Of a stretch of 64,000 nt of DNA, positions 46,801 to 60,987 are shown piece by piece. Position 1 is the stretch's first letter. Every line of letters begins with the position of its first letter. This DNA comes from Setoptus koraiensis. Taxonomy: Eukaryota > Animalia > Arthropoda. The stretch lies in contig CM106585.1 of NCBI GenBank assembly GCA_048013815.1, forward strand, positions 22,816,001-22,880,000, given 5' to 3'. The notes under the pieces were generated by a model, which made no database searches, was not told where the DNA came from, and saw nothing but the letters and a program-made list of their open reading frames with translations. The position numbers were made by a program, and so were the translations under genes.

Positions 46801-48211
46801 AGACGCCATGGGGCCACGAGGCCAGTGGCTGTGCGTTGATTGCGCTGGTTGGGCGCGAGCGGACCCCAGGAGCCCATGAGCTGGACAGGCCGACAGCCTG
46901 AGAGAGCCCCGAGGAATGCGCACATAATCAAGCTTATTATGGCAACAGCCGAGGACAGCGCGCCAGAGACATTGATGAATGTCTGCCGTTGTTGCTGCCT
47001 TGGCACTGCAATTGACCTAATGACTGGGCAGCGCCATTTGGCCGCTTGACCACATGACAGCAAAATGGCCAAACAACAAACCAAATAGATAGATGACGCT
47101 TGATTAATTTATTATTTATGTATGTAGCTGGTATTAGACATTGGTCAACATTGTTGCCGCATAACAATGGGGCCCATTGTTTGTTTGCTGCGCGAGCACG
47201 ATATTTTTCCCTGTTCATCTTTGATTTCTCTGTCCGTATTTATCCGTGCCAGTTCACTCTAGTGCCCCCCCCCCTCCCCCTGTCCCTTTACCACTGGCCT
47301 CTATCAATATCAATCTCTGCTCAGCCGTTTGCCGTTTAATTTATATGCATATGCATATAAATGCCAATGCCAACCGACCAATGTCGGGGGCCAATGTCAA
47401 TCGCAAGCCAACATATAATAATATACCCCCCACAACAGCGACACGAGTGCTCAACAAGACAATTGCATTATCACGAGGCGCCAACTTGGGGCCCAAATGC
47501 CAGCCACTGAAGCATCAACAGACTGCAAATACGAGCTCAAAATAAGCGCGCCTTGTGCCAGAGATGGCAAACCGAAAACGGGCTAAATCATGGCAGCGAA
47601 ACACCGTGATTTAAGTTACCTTTGCTGGCAACTTAAATCACCATGTTGCTCACCGACTCACCCAAACAGCGACTCTCAAACTGTGACTGCCCCAAACTGT
47701 CTGCTCAAACAATGCACTTCATCGGATAAATCGTTTATCCCGTTGATCCGTCAGCCGTGCTTGCAATGCTAGCCAGTGACAAGTGTAACTATTGCACAAA
47801 TCGGCTCAAATTTATCATGTGTATGATTGCACAATTGCGACAAACAACTGTGACGCAACCGAAACTGGCCACTGGCCACTCAACGATGCGAGTCAGTTTG
47901 TTTCTGCTCGCCCAGTCACAACAAATCACAGTCACAATTGCACAATTATAACAAATGACCAATGTCAAAAGATTAATTGAAACAAATGCACTGAATTTGA
48001 CAGACACACACTCTCGTTGTTGTGCTGTAAAAAATATGTGCTGACTCAATGCTGATTGTGCGCGTTACGTAAAAGCCCGACGTAAGCATCACGTAATCTG
48101 GCTCAATGTCCGTGGCGTTGTTGCTCTGTTGCTTCGTTGGGTCACCACACTGTTGCACTGCACCAATGCGACAACGATACCTATGCGCATCAATTATGAC
48201 AAAACAACCGC

Positions 48212-48436
48212 TAACTGGTAACTGGTAACTGGTAACTGGTAACTGGTAACTGGTAACTGGTAACTGGTAACTGGTAACTGGTAACTGGTAACTGGTAACT
48301 GGTAACTGGTAACTGGTAACTGGTAACTGGTAACTGGTAACTGGTAACTGGTAACTGGTAACTGGTAACTGGTAACTGGTAACTGGTAACTGGTAACTGG
48401 TAACTGGTAACTGGTAACTGGTAACTGGTAACTGGT
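48212..48436. repeat. Perfect (TAACTGG)x32 heptamer array
   Basis: 225 bp, no variant units. Confidence 0.97.
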
Positions 48437-51400
48437 GCAAATGGGAATGGGCCAGTCAGAATGATGGAGACAAGTGACAAATGGGCCCCAATTCATGACA
48501 AGTCCGATGAGAAGAACAAGATTTGTTTGTCGGTTTGCCAGTCGATAAAAAGAAACCAAGTTGTCGGCGTTGATCGGCACTGGCCAGATTATCGCAGTTC
48601 ATTGTGGCCTCGCCACTCGATAACATATGACACTCGTGGCGTAAATTTATGAGCAGTGTGTGTGACGCAAGCATCACACAATGTACGCACCAGACAAAAT
48701 GCATAGATCGAGACGTCTAGCCAAAAAAGGAAGTTATTAGACAATGTTTGCTTTTTTGGCCAGCTATGTGCCTTGCGTATAGCTGGCCGGCAGAGAGAGA
48801 GAGAGAGGCGAACTGGCCAGTTTATGGCTGCCTTTATGCGACACCGTACAATGTGTATGTAGCGACACAAAGGATGATAGATGCAAGCAACGATGACAAC
48901 AACAACAGCACACATAGCGGCCTCCAATGGGCCCCTCGCTGATGTGAATTCTTCGAAAAGTCTCTAGGTCTAGACTGTCGCAGACCCACAGACTAGACAA
49001 ACCGGCAAACTGGAATAGACAAACTGGCAAAGTGGAATAGACAAACATGCCAGCGACAACAATGGCCATGTTTAGCAAATATTAGTTTGTCAATGCAGCT
49101 ATCAGTTTAGTAATTGAATTGTTGCTGAGCAAAAGTCTGGTCGAAAGCCCTCACATCCAACTGTAAATGAGTTTGCCAATTCACTTGCACGTCGACATTG
49201 GCACGTCAATCGATATGGCAGCAGCTCCCAGAGGCTCTGGCGACCCTCGTCGACGATATTCTCACTCGATGATACGGTGGTTCGATGATCGGCTTGGCTC
49301 ATGTTTAGATAGCGCCAATGGGCAACGGATGAGAGTGGCCAGAGAGAAACGATAAGCCAAGATAAGGCACAAACTTTAATAAATAGTAAGATTATTATTG
49401 TGGTGCGCGTGGTTGTCGTCGTGGTCACCGGCTCACTTGGTTGCTTCCTTTTGGCTAGTTTAATTTAACTACTTCCGGTGGAATCAGCGACACAGCGCGC
49501 CGTTTAGTTGTACACACACACAATTGCTAGTAATGTTGCTGTGTGTAATGTGAGCGAGTGAGATGCATCGTGACGACCAATTCTTGTCTCGACGGCCAAT
49601 TTGCCGTTGCGGGCGAACGGCAAATTGTCGTCAAACTGGACAGTTGTGGTTGCTGTTGTTGTTGCGATAACGACAACAACAACAACAACAACAATATTTG
49701 TTTGTTTGTCGTTGGTGCTTGTCGCGTGACGCTTGTAACTGGTGCGCTATTGTTACTGCCCAGCAACCAGGCCAACAACTGACGCAACAGCAACGTTACA
49801 ACAAACGCAAAGTGTTCGCATGAATATATTGCTAAACACATTTGTCCCTGTTATCCGGTCTCCACAAATGGCACAAATGGTCTGCATCAGGAAAAGAAAA
49901 GCCACAACACAGCACAACAAACTAATAGCTGCCTGCAAACATACACACAAGCAAACAAGCCAAACCAATAAGCCAATAAGGAAGCCCGAGAGAGAGAGAG
50001 AGATTGAGCCTCGGGCCCCACTTGTGATAAGTATTGTGAGTGTGTGGTGTCAAGTTTATTGGCCACGTCTATCCATGTGCGCAAGAAACGATCCAAGAAA
50101 TTGCACCAATTCATCCTAAATTGCTTGTGTTATCTGTGCTGCGTAATTACGTACGAAAAACAGCGTTCGCAAACATTCTCACCGGCGCCCCCCACTGCTC
50201 AATCACGGCAAACATACCCAAACAGGTATGGCAATATTAATTCACCAACGACGGCACAACAACAGCGAAAGGCATCTTATTAGAGATTGAAGTCTGTTAC
50301 AACTGCAACGAAACAATCTGTTTTCTCGCATGCACCAATCGGTGCGAAAATCCCACTGAGAATCCGACTGTTTCCCTGGTTGAAATGATGAACAAAGGAG
50401 AAAAGTACAATCAGGGGTGAAACTTTTCGCTGCGTTCCGAAACAATCGCAATTTGCTGCAAACTTCTCATAAATCTATGCGCACCTTGAACGTCATCTGT
50501 CAGTGGATTTGCGCACGGTTTGCGCGAAATCTCAAACTAATTGAGAGAAACGAATTTTCGCTCAATTAGCACGTTCGCTAAAATTAATAATAGAAGAGTC
50601 AAGCGCCGCCGCATAAATCATCCAATTATCTCAGGGATAACTGGAAACGTTGCAGAGGAGAATGCACACTTCGAAAGTTTCATCATTTATCCAATCAGAG
50701 CGCCCTAATTCCGGCGGTATCCAGTGCCAGCCCTTGAAGAGAATTTCCCTCCTGAGAATGTCATTCGAAAATTGTTCTCTTTTGTCAAAATATTCTTCTC
50801 GTTGAAAACTCACCCTAGATATTGAATTCTAGAATGACGTTAAATGAAAGTTTTTTGGACACAATGATATCCATTGGTCAGCAATGGATTCGAGTCTAAT
50901 ACATTGCTAACCAATGAAAAGCAATCGAATCGTTGGACCAAAATTACTTGTTCAACGTACGGTCATTCAAGCTCGTTGCAGCCTATTGTTTAGCTCAGAC
51001 GTTATCCATTTATTTGACCATACTTGCAAAGGGCCAGCTATTCCAACTATTGCAACTCATCGACGACAACCAGCTAATCAGCACAGTGACCAATGAACAA
51101 ATAAACAAATTAGCGAATTAGCAAATTAGCAAACCAGCAAATTAACTAATCAACAAATTAACGAATTACCAAATTGAGAGCCATTAGCCAGCATTGGTTG
51201 CGTATCCGGCTGGCATAGTTGTCACTTTGTCGCTTGTGCAACCAATTAACAGACAAGCAATCACGACAACTACTGGTGAAAAAAAAGAAGATCGCTGTTT
51301 AAAATGGTGGTCCAATCAGCCAATCAGCTGACTGCCATTGTAATTCTACATGACGACAACTATGCAAACAATTGTTGTTGTTTCGAATTTCACTTTGGTG

Positions 51401-53418
51401 GATTTTCACTTTTTTCTACTTTTTTACTCGTAAATGGACCTGGTTTGTCAACAACAATTAATGTGTTAGATACTAACACAGGTTGACAGTTACTCCTGTA
51501 TTATGGGCCATCAGGTATTGTTTGCCATGTTAACATTTGTATATGATGTGAATTATGTAACAAACTTTTGAAACAACATACAATTTTCGGCTGCTTTCCA
51601 GCATTGCGAATGGTTATTCTAGTGACCATTATGTCGTTGTCACCTTTCATACGCGCTAAATGATATTAGGCGACTTATTTCGGCGCATAAGCCACTGTGT
51701 GCAGGAGAGCTTTTCAGCCGTAATTGGCCTTGAGTTGCTCGGATAGCCCGCTGTCCCGTTTGTGTGACACGGGCCCATATTATCCCACTTCAGCCCTAAT
51801 TCAGTCCACCGGGTCGCCCAGTGAGGCCCCATTGCAACCGCTCCCGACCTAGCAGCGTGACATTGTTGACCGAAAATGCCACACTTTTTTCTCGCATACA
51901 CCTATCATTCCATAATTATATTATGTCTGCTAGCTTTTGTCCTCGCTGAACTAAAGAACAAACTGACCATCACATTTTGACGAGACAAATTTTTGCTAGT
52001 TTCTGAAATAATCGCAATCATCAGATATTTTGAAAACTTTTCATGAATCCATTGCGCTGATGGGCAGCCCAAGCAAACCATGAGAATTGGCTCTGATCAG
52101 TGTGCCGGGCCAAGTCGAGAGCTACCCCTGGGCCAGCTAATATGGCGCCACTATCACTAGGCGCACAAACTTTATTTACTGTATATTTGAATTTGTTGAC
52201 ATTTGGCCTCAAAGGACATTCGTGTCGTTTATCTGTCGTGTGCATTGCATAATAATTGCTCCAATGAATAAAATGCGCTTATTCTCTGCGCTAATTACAC
52301 CTCATTGGTGCTATTAGAAGTATCAATTACAAACAACACGTGCTGCACGTATTATTTGCTGTTACGCAATGGCTTATGATAAGACATGAGTACGTTTGTC
52401 ACAACTGACCAATCTTGACCGTACTTCAATTTGTACCCAATTTCTGGCCAGCCATTATCATTTTGGGTGCACTGTATCCATTGTCAAGTGGAATCTATTG
52501 TTGTTGCTATTTCACTGCTTGATCCACGATAGCCACTGGTCAATTTGGCGAGCTTGCAGCAACATTGCTGCCATTGATAGAGATGTAACTCGTATTGCAT
52601 CTGGTGCATTGATTAAAACATTGCGCAATCAAATGTGGTTGTTGTTAGCATGCTGCTGTATTGTGCGTTATTTCAAGGGCCCCTTCATTGCATAATAACA
52701 ATTGCATAACACATTACAATACTATTTTATAAAATCATCCATTTGAACTTACAATTACAGTTACATTGTTAACAACGGATGACGGCGCCAATAGAGACTT
52801 TTTTGCTCATCGCGGCGCATCTGGCCCCAAAGGAGCGCCCACCCGAGGCGTTTCACCGTTTAAGTTTGAATCAATTCAAACTATTGCCATATTACCTTTT
52901 CGATAACAAGATAGTTGCCCACTTATCTACCTTGCGTACGCATATTAGATAGCGCACATATTGTAGTATGACAGTATTCACAATAGTGAAAGTGATTTCT
53001 TCTTTTCTTTGCACACACTATATCTGCGTATATTGTTGTTGGCTGGATAAATAGCTGCTGTTAACTTGTTGTTTAATGGTGATTATCTAACGTATTGGTG
53101 TCCGGGAGCGTTGAGAGTATTGAGGGACACACAACATTGAAAGCGGCTTGTGTAGGCATTATTACTATATTGTGAGCTAAGCCTATGATGTAATGATGCC
53201 ATCGAAAATACCATTGAGATACATGCTTGGCCCGTCTAAAGGTAAGGGCAAGAGGCTAAGGGGTATATAACGGTGAGCAAGCCTCACTCATGCATGCTGA
53301 GCGAGGCAACAACAAGCGGCATTACGCCTACAATTACATTTTACCATTGTGGGCCCACTTGGCCCCACTTGGTCCCGGTAAGTGCTGTGTCGCAATTGCA
53401 TTACAATGGCAACCATTT

Positions 53419-53494
53419 TTATTTTGTTTCGTTTTATTTTATTTCGTTTTATTTTATTTCGTTTTATTTCATTTCATTTTATTTTATTTCATTT
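53419..53494. repeat. (TTTTA/TTTCG/TTTCA)n pentamer microsatellite
   Basis: Direct reading. Confidence 0.85.
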
Positions 53495-56400
53495 TCTTCT
53501 ACCTGCTCTCTGCAGCAGCCCACCCATTAATGCTCATGGCAGAATGTGGCCCGGCCGGCAGCGCTTGCACGGGCACAACTCGGGCAAAGGCTGAGTCGGG
53601 CCCCAAAAGTGAGGCCCGTGGCCATCGTGTCGCCACGCTGGGTCGCCACGTTGAGCCGGCGTGTTGTGTCGCCAACAGTGCTCACTAGAGTATATTTAGA
53701 GCCTAGCTGCGTGAAGCAAGTATGTAAATGAGCGCCAGCTTTGGGGCCAGTGTCAAATCTAAACTGGCCGGCGAGCACACACCAAGGTTCGCCAAAGAGA
53801 TAAGGAGGCGCCTGGCATGTTTTTGGCACACAACTGCTCTATTATTGGTATTAGTTGAGTGAGAGCGTGTCTATTTTTGCGCTGGCTGTTGGCTCACCTT
53901 GGCACACTGCGTACCAGCCAGCACACATTTGAATGTGAGAGAGACGATGAAGTTACAATAGAAAATAAGCGAACAATGCGATAACGATGCATAACGGTGC
54001 GAGGCCCCCGAAGGCAGGCTGCACAGCCTGCTGTTGTGTGATTATTACGTAACTGCTGCTGCTGCTGCTGCTGAGAGAGCAGCCATAAACTGTGTAAACT
54101 TGCAACTGTCAACTTGCCAGCCAGTGGCAGCAATAGTTAGCTTGCCCGGTTTGCTTGCGACTGTCGGCCAGCAGCCGACAAGCCAGCAAACAATCAGCAG
54201 CCAGCCAGTTCCATTTGGGCCGAGCTCAGTTCATGCAAAGGTGTCTAGAATGCTCCGGTTTGCTCACCTGTTCGAATGCTCGCTGTGCAGCGCGTTTTGG
54301 GGCCCGGCTTTTTATCTCTTGCAATTTTTTCTCGCTCTCTTTTTCTGCTTCGCCTGTTTTGTTGTCTCTTCTATGCATGGCTGTACATAGCACATACATA
54401 GCTATACATGGTAGCAACATAGCTGTTCATAGTTGAACAAATACACACAAATGCGTACAAAGGCGCTCACTCACTGACGAGGGCCCCTTGTCGACGTGTA
54501 AGCGTGCTTGAGAATTGTTAGCGCTAAGCCATTCAATTTGCAGCTTAAAGTGCAAAGCTGTGCGAGCATTCGCAAACTCGACCCACGGGCCTGTGTTGAT
54601 GCAACTGTAACTTACGTAATAATGTAACCTGCTGCATTGTGTGTATGCAGTAGAAAAACAGCGCGCGATCGGCCAAGATTCTTGCATGCTCATGTGACAA
54701 ATCAACCTGCTGACATTACCAATGTCAGCTGAGATTCTGGCATTGAGTCTTGTTGTTGCCGTTTCACAGTAGATGACAATTAGGTCGCTAGGCACCATTA
54801 GCACAACGGCGCACGTTGGCGCGTGCGGGGGCGGCTGCATAAATGAAGAAAATGTTTACATTTGTTAGTTGCAAATGCAAGTTGCAACCGTTGTGTTATT
54901 TGTCACCTTGTTTTCCTGTTGTCGCGTGCCCATTTTTAATGACACACAAACCCTTGCATAACTCGTCCTGTCAATAGACACATTGGCGCGCTGCACCAAC
55001 AACAAGCTCACCAACCACCGATGCACAAGATGCTGGCAAGCTCTATGTGGCAATTGCAGCTCACAAGCAAATGGCTGTCAGTCGGCAGGACAGTGTCGCA
55101 AACAAAACGCCAAAACAGCCAAACAAACAGACGTTAGATCATTTGTCTTGTTTAACTTGTTAATTAGGGCACAATCAATTGGCACGGGGCGACGCACCAT
55201 TAGAAATGCACACACTTTTGTGATATGTCCATCCAGCGTCCCGTTGACAGCGGCCACTTGGAGCCCGTGAAATGAAGGGCGTTGATGCAACATGCCGTAT
55301 GTCTTATTCCACACAAGTTGTAATTACTGCTGCTCTTATGTCAAAACATGTCAACTCTCAAAACATAAGATGACGCAAACACAACGACATAATCGAGCGA
55401 CTTGACAAGGAGAAAACTCTACTTTGCGCATATTAACGCATACTCGTTTGTGTTCATATGTTCATTAGCATAACGGTGTCATTGTAGTTGAACGAGGCTT
55501 GTTTGTCTGACTGCAACGGCTTAGTTACACGTACTGGTTGTTGTTGTTGCTGTCGTTGCTGTCGTTGCTGTCGTTGCTGTTGTTGCAACTCGATGATAAA
55601 CAATGCACTCAATCAACACAGTTGTAATTAGTACATTGTAGTACCATTTACAACTGTCACCGCATTCGCCCTTATTCACACTTTGCGAGCTTGTATTATG
55701 GGCCTGTCGCCCATGGGTGCAGTTGTTGGCTGTGTGTTCTTTTGCATATGTATTCTTTACAAACACACCCAAACAAACCCATCCTGAAGCCGAGCCAAAT
55801 CAGGCCAGAGAAACAGTTCAATATGCACTCAAATGGCATCGACAGTGTGCATCGGGTCCCCAATGAGCAGTGCAAACGAGCTACTCAAACAAGCCAACAT
55901 CGCAGTTGCTTGGCGTTCAGATGGGGCCAAACAGTTTCAGTTTGACTCAGGCCAAAAAACACTGCCACTCAACTTGGATATTTCGCATTCGTCGTTGCAT
56001 TCATTCCAATGCAAGCACCAAATCCCAATTCGATGGCACCAGCGTGATTGGCCTGTCGTAAATCCATCACATCACATCGCCAGTCAAATTGCCAAGCAAC
56101 TGACTCGTATTCAGGCCCCATTTGTGTGTCGTTTAGGCTCATTTGCCAATCAATGTCGCTCCTTTCCGTATCTATCCACTGCGCTCGCCCCAAAGAGTCA
56201 TCTACGATATAAACAAGCAGTCGCGCAAATAAAATGCGCATTATAGTGAGCTGTACCGAGGTATAACTCATATTATATGAGTCATATAGTAACGACAATA
56301 GAATTCGCTATATGTTCGTTCCCGCTATAGAGATATACGAGTGTGTGTGTGTGTGATCTGAATAGATATGAAACGAATTATATCAACTCGCGACTCATGC

Positions 56401-56596
56401 TACCGAAAAGCCGATATTACCGGAACGCTGCTATCACCAGTATCAAACCCGTTTTCTACCCGCACAACAAATCAAATTTTCTCCACTCAGCTAGCTTCCG
56501 GTTGTTGGAATAACAATTGGTAGCTTGCAAGACCAAGTATAAGTGTGATATTTTTATTTATTGTAGATTGGCGATGCACGTTACTACAAACTGAAC

Positions 56597-58040
56597 GACT
56601 GTATCCATGGAGCAAAAGCAGCCATTGTTTGTCTGTTTGCACGAACACTTGACCTTATCTGGCTGCCTGTATGCATCGCAACGTGACATAATGCGTGTGA
56701 TTTATTTATTGCCACCAGATTACTCTGATGATCAGAACGAAATCAAATCTCTGCACTTGCCCCACTCTTGACAAGCGCAATTTTAGCCTTACCAATGCTG
56801 TCACGATCGAACTATACAATTCACTATGCAATTCAGCAGATTCGCACATAAGCAAAATAGAGGCGCCTATTTTTTGAAGTGCAAATTGGTCGAAAAATCC
56901 GAACGCCAGCGAGTCGCCGATGCAAACACCGGCTCGAACAAATATCGACTTGAGCCATATTTATCTCCTATCTGTTCGGCTAATACCTGTCTCGAACAAT
57001 TGATATTGAGCCAGCACCGATATTGCGCACCATTTCAGCTTTGTATGCCCATTTCGTTTTTATCCCTTGTTTATCATTGATAAATTATCATTTCTCATAT
57101 GCATCAGTTCTCATATATCATGTATAATTTTTCCATTTCTTTTCACTTTGCACAATCATTTTCAGGAATGATAGTGCATTGGCAAACACTTTAGCCTCAT
57201 GCAATCGCTCACCTCTTATAACCCTTTGCCCTCGTCGCCCGAAATTGAATTCCCAAAATTGGCCTCCTCTCACTATGCAATGTAATTTTTGTGTGTGCAA
57301 GACGCACAGTTTGAACGGTTCCGGCAAAACATTAGATAGCATCAGATCAATTGTATCTAATCTATTCTCAACAATTCGATGCGGGATTATCGTCTGTCAT
57401 GTAAAGCTGACTGTTCTCGTTTTCTCTTTTACTGCTGGCATTGTTCACAACGATAAGGATTAAGATGAGGCCATCAAAGTGATTGAATTTGCATTAAGCT
57501 TATGCATTGCAATCAAAATTGCATTGAAATGTGACCAGACTGGCAGTAGCGATAGCAATACGATGTAGTGACGTGTTGATCTTCATACACTGTTTTTATT
57601 GTGTGTATAGAGAGAGACATCCGGATTGTGAGATTTGTTTGCATAAATTTAAATTAGATATGACTCTGGATATCCGGCAGACATCGGGCCCACTCGGCCA
57701 GCTATCGAAGATGTTAACCATATTCGATTCGTATCCATCCTGCATACCTGAGAAAATGGCCCATAATTTATGGACTTTTTGAAGCTGTAGATCAGGTATC
57801 GAAGCGCCGTAATTTAGTACAAATTCGACAGAACATGCAAAATTCATCGCAAATTGACACTTGAATGCTCAATTGTTCACCAGTCACTCTCATTACAATC
57901 ATTCTGGCGTTTCCATAAAACATTACATCCAACAATCATTACGTGTGAGACTCTAACAACCATTTCCGAATAGCAACTGATCATTGAAGCTCACGCGTTC
58001 GAATAGGAGCGTTGAGTATCCCGATGCTCGCAGACAACTA
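56597..58040 (+). pseudogene. Decayed kekkon-like paralog (LRRNT-LRR region)
   Basis: Broken frames give DCIHGAKAAIVC (cf. NCVWKGGKFTADC), LLPPDYSDDQNEIKSLHL (cf. LLPP...SDQHRDIQSLNM), LDKRNFSLTNAVTIEL (cf. LNKWAF...FTNVQKIFL), GAYFLKCKLVE (cf. GAFYRLIGLVE) and IEAHAFE near 57,983 (cf. IHGSAFH). Confidence 0.5.
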
Positions 58041-58641
58041 ATCTGTCATCGCCATTTTGTGCATCAATTTAAGCGAATATCCGCCTCGTGAAGTGGTTGT
58101 TCATCGGAAGTGGAGTGGGCGCATTTTCGGACATACACTTATTTGTTCATCCATAGCTTTCAAATCGATAACCAAATTCATTCATTCCGTGCCCACTACG
58201 AGAGGCGCGAACTGGCCGTTTAATCCTTCCGTCCATGGATGAATTGAATGGCATCTCATGTCAAATATTTGGATTTGTATATTCAGTTGAAATATCAGCG
58301 ACCCTAGCAATACGTAACTAATGAATACGAAATTAAGATCATGAATCGAGCACATCTTGTTGATCTTTGTCATATGCAACTTGTCACTTTAATTTCATCG
58401 GGCCACTATGAAATTTAAATGAAATTATAATGTGTCCGGAGAGAACTACGTATTTCGGCCAATCTAGGTCAAGAGCAATGCGCAGCTCTGTTGTTTTGTT
58501 TTGATTCATATCGTTGAACAACAGCGAAAATTTAAGATCAAGATACGTCTACTAAAATTATCATGACTGATGCAAATCATTGACCGATTGTTAACCATCT
58601 TTTTCTTAATCATCCTCCAATTTGATTGATGCAAATAACAG

Positions 58642-58886
58642 CCGAAACAAACTGACAACAATTGACAGTTCAGTTTTAAAGCCTTTGAAATCAAGCATCC
58701 ACTCGCTAACGCTGGCTGATAATTTGTGGGTATGCGACTGTCACATCAGACCACTGTTAACTTTTCTATCTCAATTGAAAATAAGGGCAATATTGTTGGA
58801 TAAGCCTCAATGTAACGGAAATGGCGGCCACGATTATACGAGCGACATGAAATCATTCAGACACAATGTTGTCTGGTCGGAACTAG
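58642..58886 (+). CDS. kek: Kekkon-like exon 4 (last LRRs + LRRCT)
   Basis: ACAG|C CGA AAC AAA: phase 2 matches exon 3 to give LYLD-RNKLTTID; contains SIHSLTLADNLWVCDCHIRPL...KPQC; donor G|GTAAGT. Confidence 0.85.
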
Positions 58887-58899
58887 GTAAGTGCTTATT

Positions 58900-59520
58900 A
58901 TGAAATTATTATCAGTAAATATTTGCATATTTTTACCGATCGGTAACAAGTTAAGAGATTTCGAGAAGCCGAGCGGAAGTTTAAAATTTGATGAAAATTC
59001 GAATATGACCTAAACTCGCCGTATAATCTCGACAACTTTGTTCAATACCAATATGTTCGTTTGTGGAAGCCTAACGGAGCTGCCCCAACAAGATTTTGTC
59101 CTCCATGTTGTCTACTATTCGAATCTCTGTATTTCTTGATTGGGCCGAAATCACTTATTATACTGTCATCCGAAATCCATGGGGAAATTATCTGGTCCAA
59201 TGTCTCGATAAATAGAATGTTAATTGTGAACGTATTAAGTGCGGCCTATCATTTGCATTAGCTAACATTAGTGGAGTTTCTGTTGAGAATTTACGTGACC
59301 GAAAATTGAACAAATCCTCCAGTGATGGTTCTGATAAATCCATGGCTAAAACATCCCGTCTGACAGGAGCTTGCAAAGGCTCGCTTCATAATGTAGTGTC
59401 TGGATTTGATTGTTTCCATTCTGATAGCCACTTGCTGCCAGTGTGAATGCTGAACTGATCCTTAGTTGACTGGACAAAAAGAGCTTCGGAGGGATCATTG
59501 TATGCTTGCCGGAGCTACTT
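58900..59520 (-). pseudogene. CK1: Intronless casein kinase I (alpha-like) pseudogene, antisense within the kek intron
   Basis: Broken frames: QVAIRMETIKSRH; DVLAMDLSEPSLEDLFNFRSRKFSTETPLMLA; QMIGRT*YVHN*HSIYRDIGPDNF; SDFGPIKKYRDSNSRQH; ASTNEHIGIEQSCRDYTASLGH. These are collinear with CK1 kinase-domain motifs. Confidence 0.9.
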
Positions 59521-60987
59521 CCGGGTTGTAGTTTTGTGCCACTTATACTTATTTGCGGTCCATCTGCGTATTCGCTGCATTTATCGCAACACTATTGCGA
59601 CCAAATATTGACCAGAGATTTTTATCTGTTGTATCAACGATTCCTTCATAACCGCTCAAACCAATGCGTTACGTATTTTTCGCGGCAATGAACGTCTGTG
59701 AAAAACGTCGAAAATAAAAGTAGTAGCTGTGACGAGAGGATAAAATTTAATGGCAAGATGCTTTTGCGTCAATGGTTTGCTTGCCATGCAGCGGACAATA
59801 GATGTTCCATCTAGGTGATACTGGTAGTTGTGGCAATAAATAATAATATCTCGTCAGTTCAAGTTGAACTGTTCAAGCGAGGAGTGGCCCCCGTGTAACT
59901 AGCCGGTGAAGTGACAAAAACAAACATTACACAATGATGATTAAGCATCCTAACGACCTGATGATGGACAGACGAGATAGTAATCACTAAACAAGCTACA
60001 ACATCTAGACAGAACAACTGTAACGAGCGCCACAAATGGATCAGACACATTGTTGTTGTTTCTTCTAGCGACTGGTCTATTATCTAACAATCTATTTGGA
60101 TCTTATTTAACAGCATCCATTGGGGCTCTTTATGATTTTTTCGCACGAGATGAGCTTGTCATTTTGTCATCATCACCACTAGTAGTGCTCTCTGCCAAAT
60201 TGACGGGCCATTTAGTCAGTACCAGTTTTGGTCACGCACTCGCCAGTTGGCTAACTAACTTAAGCTTGGCGATAATGATGGTTGTGCAATTCTCGTGTGT
60301 TGCGTGAAGAAGAGACAACGAAAAAGAAAGAAAAAGAGATTAATAGATGTGACAATAAAGTGAAAGCAAACAGGGAAACTACTAGAGTCAAATTGAGACA
60401 GAAAGAATATTTTGGAGCCTTATGGCCGAAACAGTGTCTCTCACTCAACTGTTTACGATTAACAAGTCATTGCTGGCGTTGGTTTTGTTTTCACCACAAA
60501 GAATTTCATTGTGTGTCCCTGGAATGGGGCGCTTCATTTGGAATGCACAATTCGAATGAAAATGAGAGACCATTCCCGTTGTAACTCCGGCGAATACAAA
60601 AATGTATTAAGATACAATAATCCGGCTTCAATAACTTGGTGTGTTGAAAATTTGTATCGTAATTATATATTCAACAATATATAGTGATATCGAAAACCTC
60701 GGAGGGATTGAATGATCTCGATGAATGAATATACACGCGACAATATTTGAGTGAGAACACGTTGAATTTCCGAATAATATGCAAACGGAGCACGATGTTC
60801 GAGGCGTAAAATGATATCTCTGCTTGTGATATCATTTTATGCATTTAGTTGGATGCCAGTGATCAGCAAACTCAATTTGTAGATATCAGAGAAATGATGA
60901 TGACCCATCCTAATTGAAATTAGGATTAAAATTTGTTCATTTATACTATAGTTTTATTGCAACGATGAAAATTACTGTCCATTGTAG

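Noticed and set aside
47973-48580. Three minus-strand ORFs with PVTSYQL repeats
   Set aside because: Translation artefacts of the (TAACTGG)n array.
32000-56300. Numerous 60-250 aa ORFs in the large intron (e.g. 42,666-43,406, 46,137-46,691)
   Set aside because: Low-complexity, overlapping on both strands, with no recognisable motifs or consistent splice structure; 42.7-43.1 kb is merely GC/CpG-rich.
59466-59691. IVCLPELLP as the kek LRRCT-Ig junction exon
   Set aside because: It overlaps the antisense of the CK1 pseudogene N-terminus, and the downstream frame is not Ig-like.
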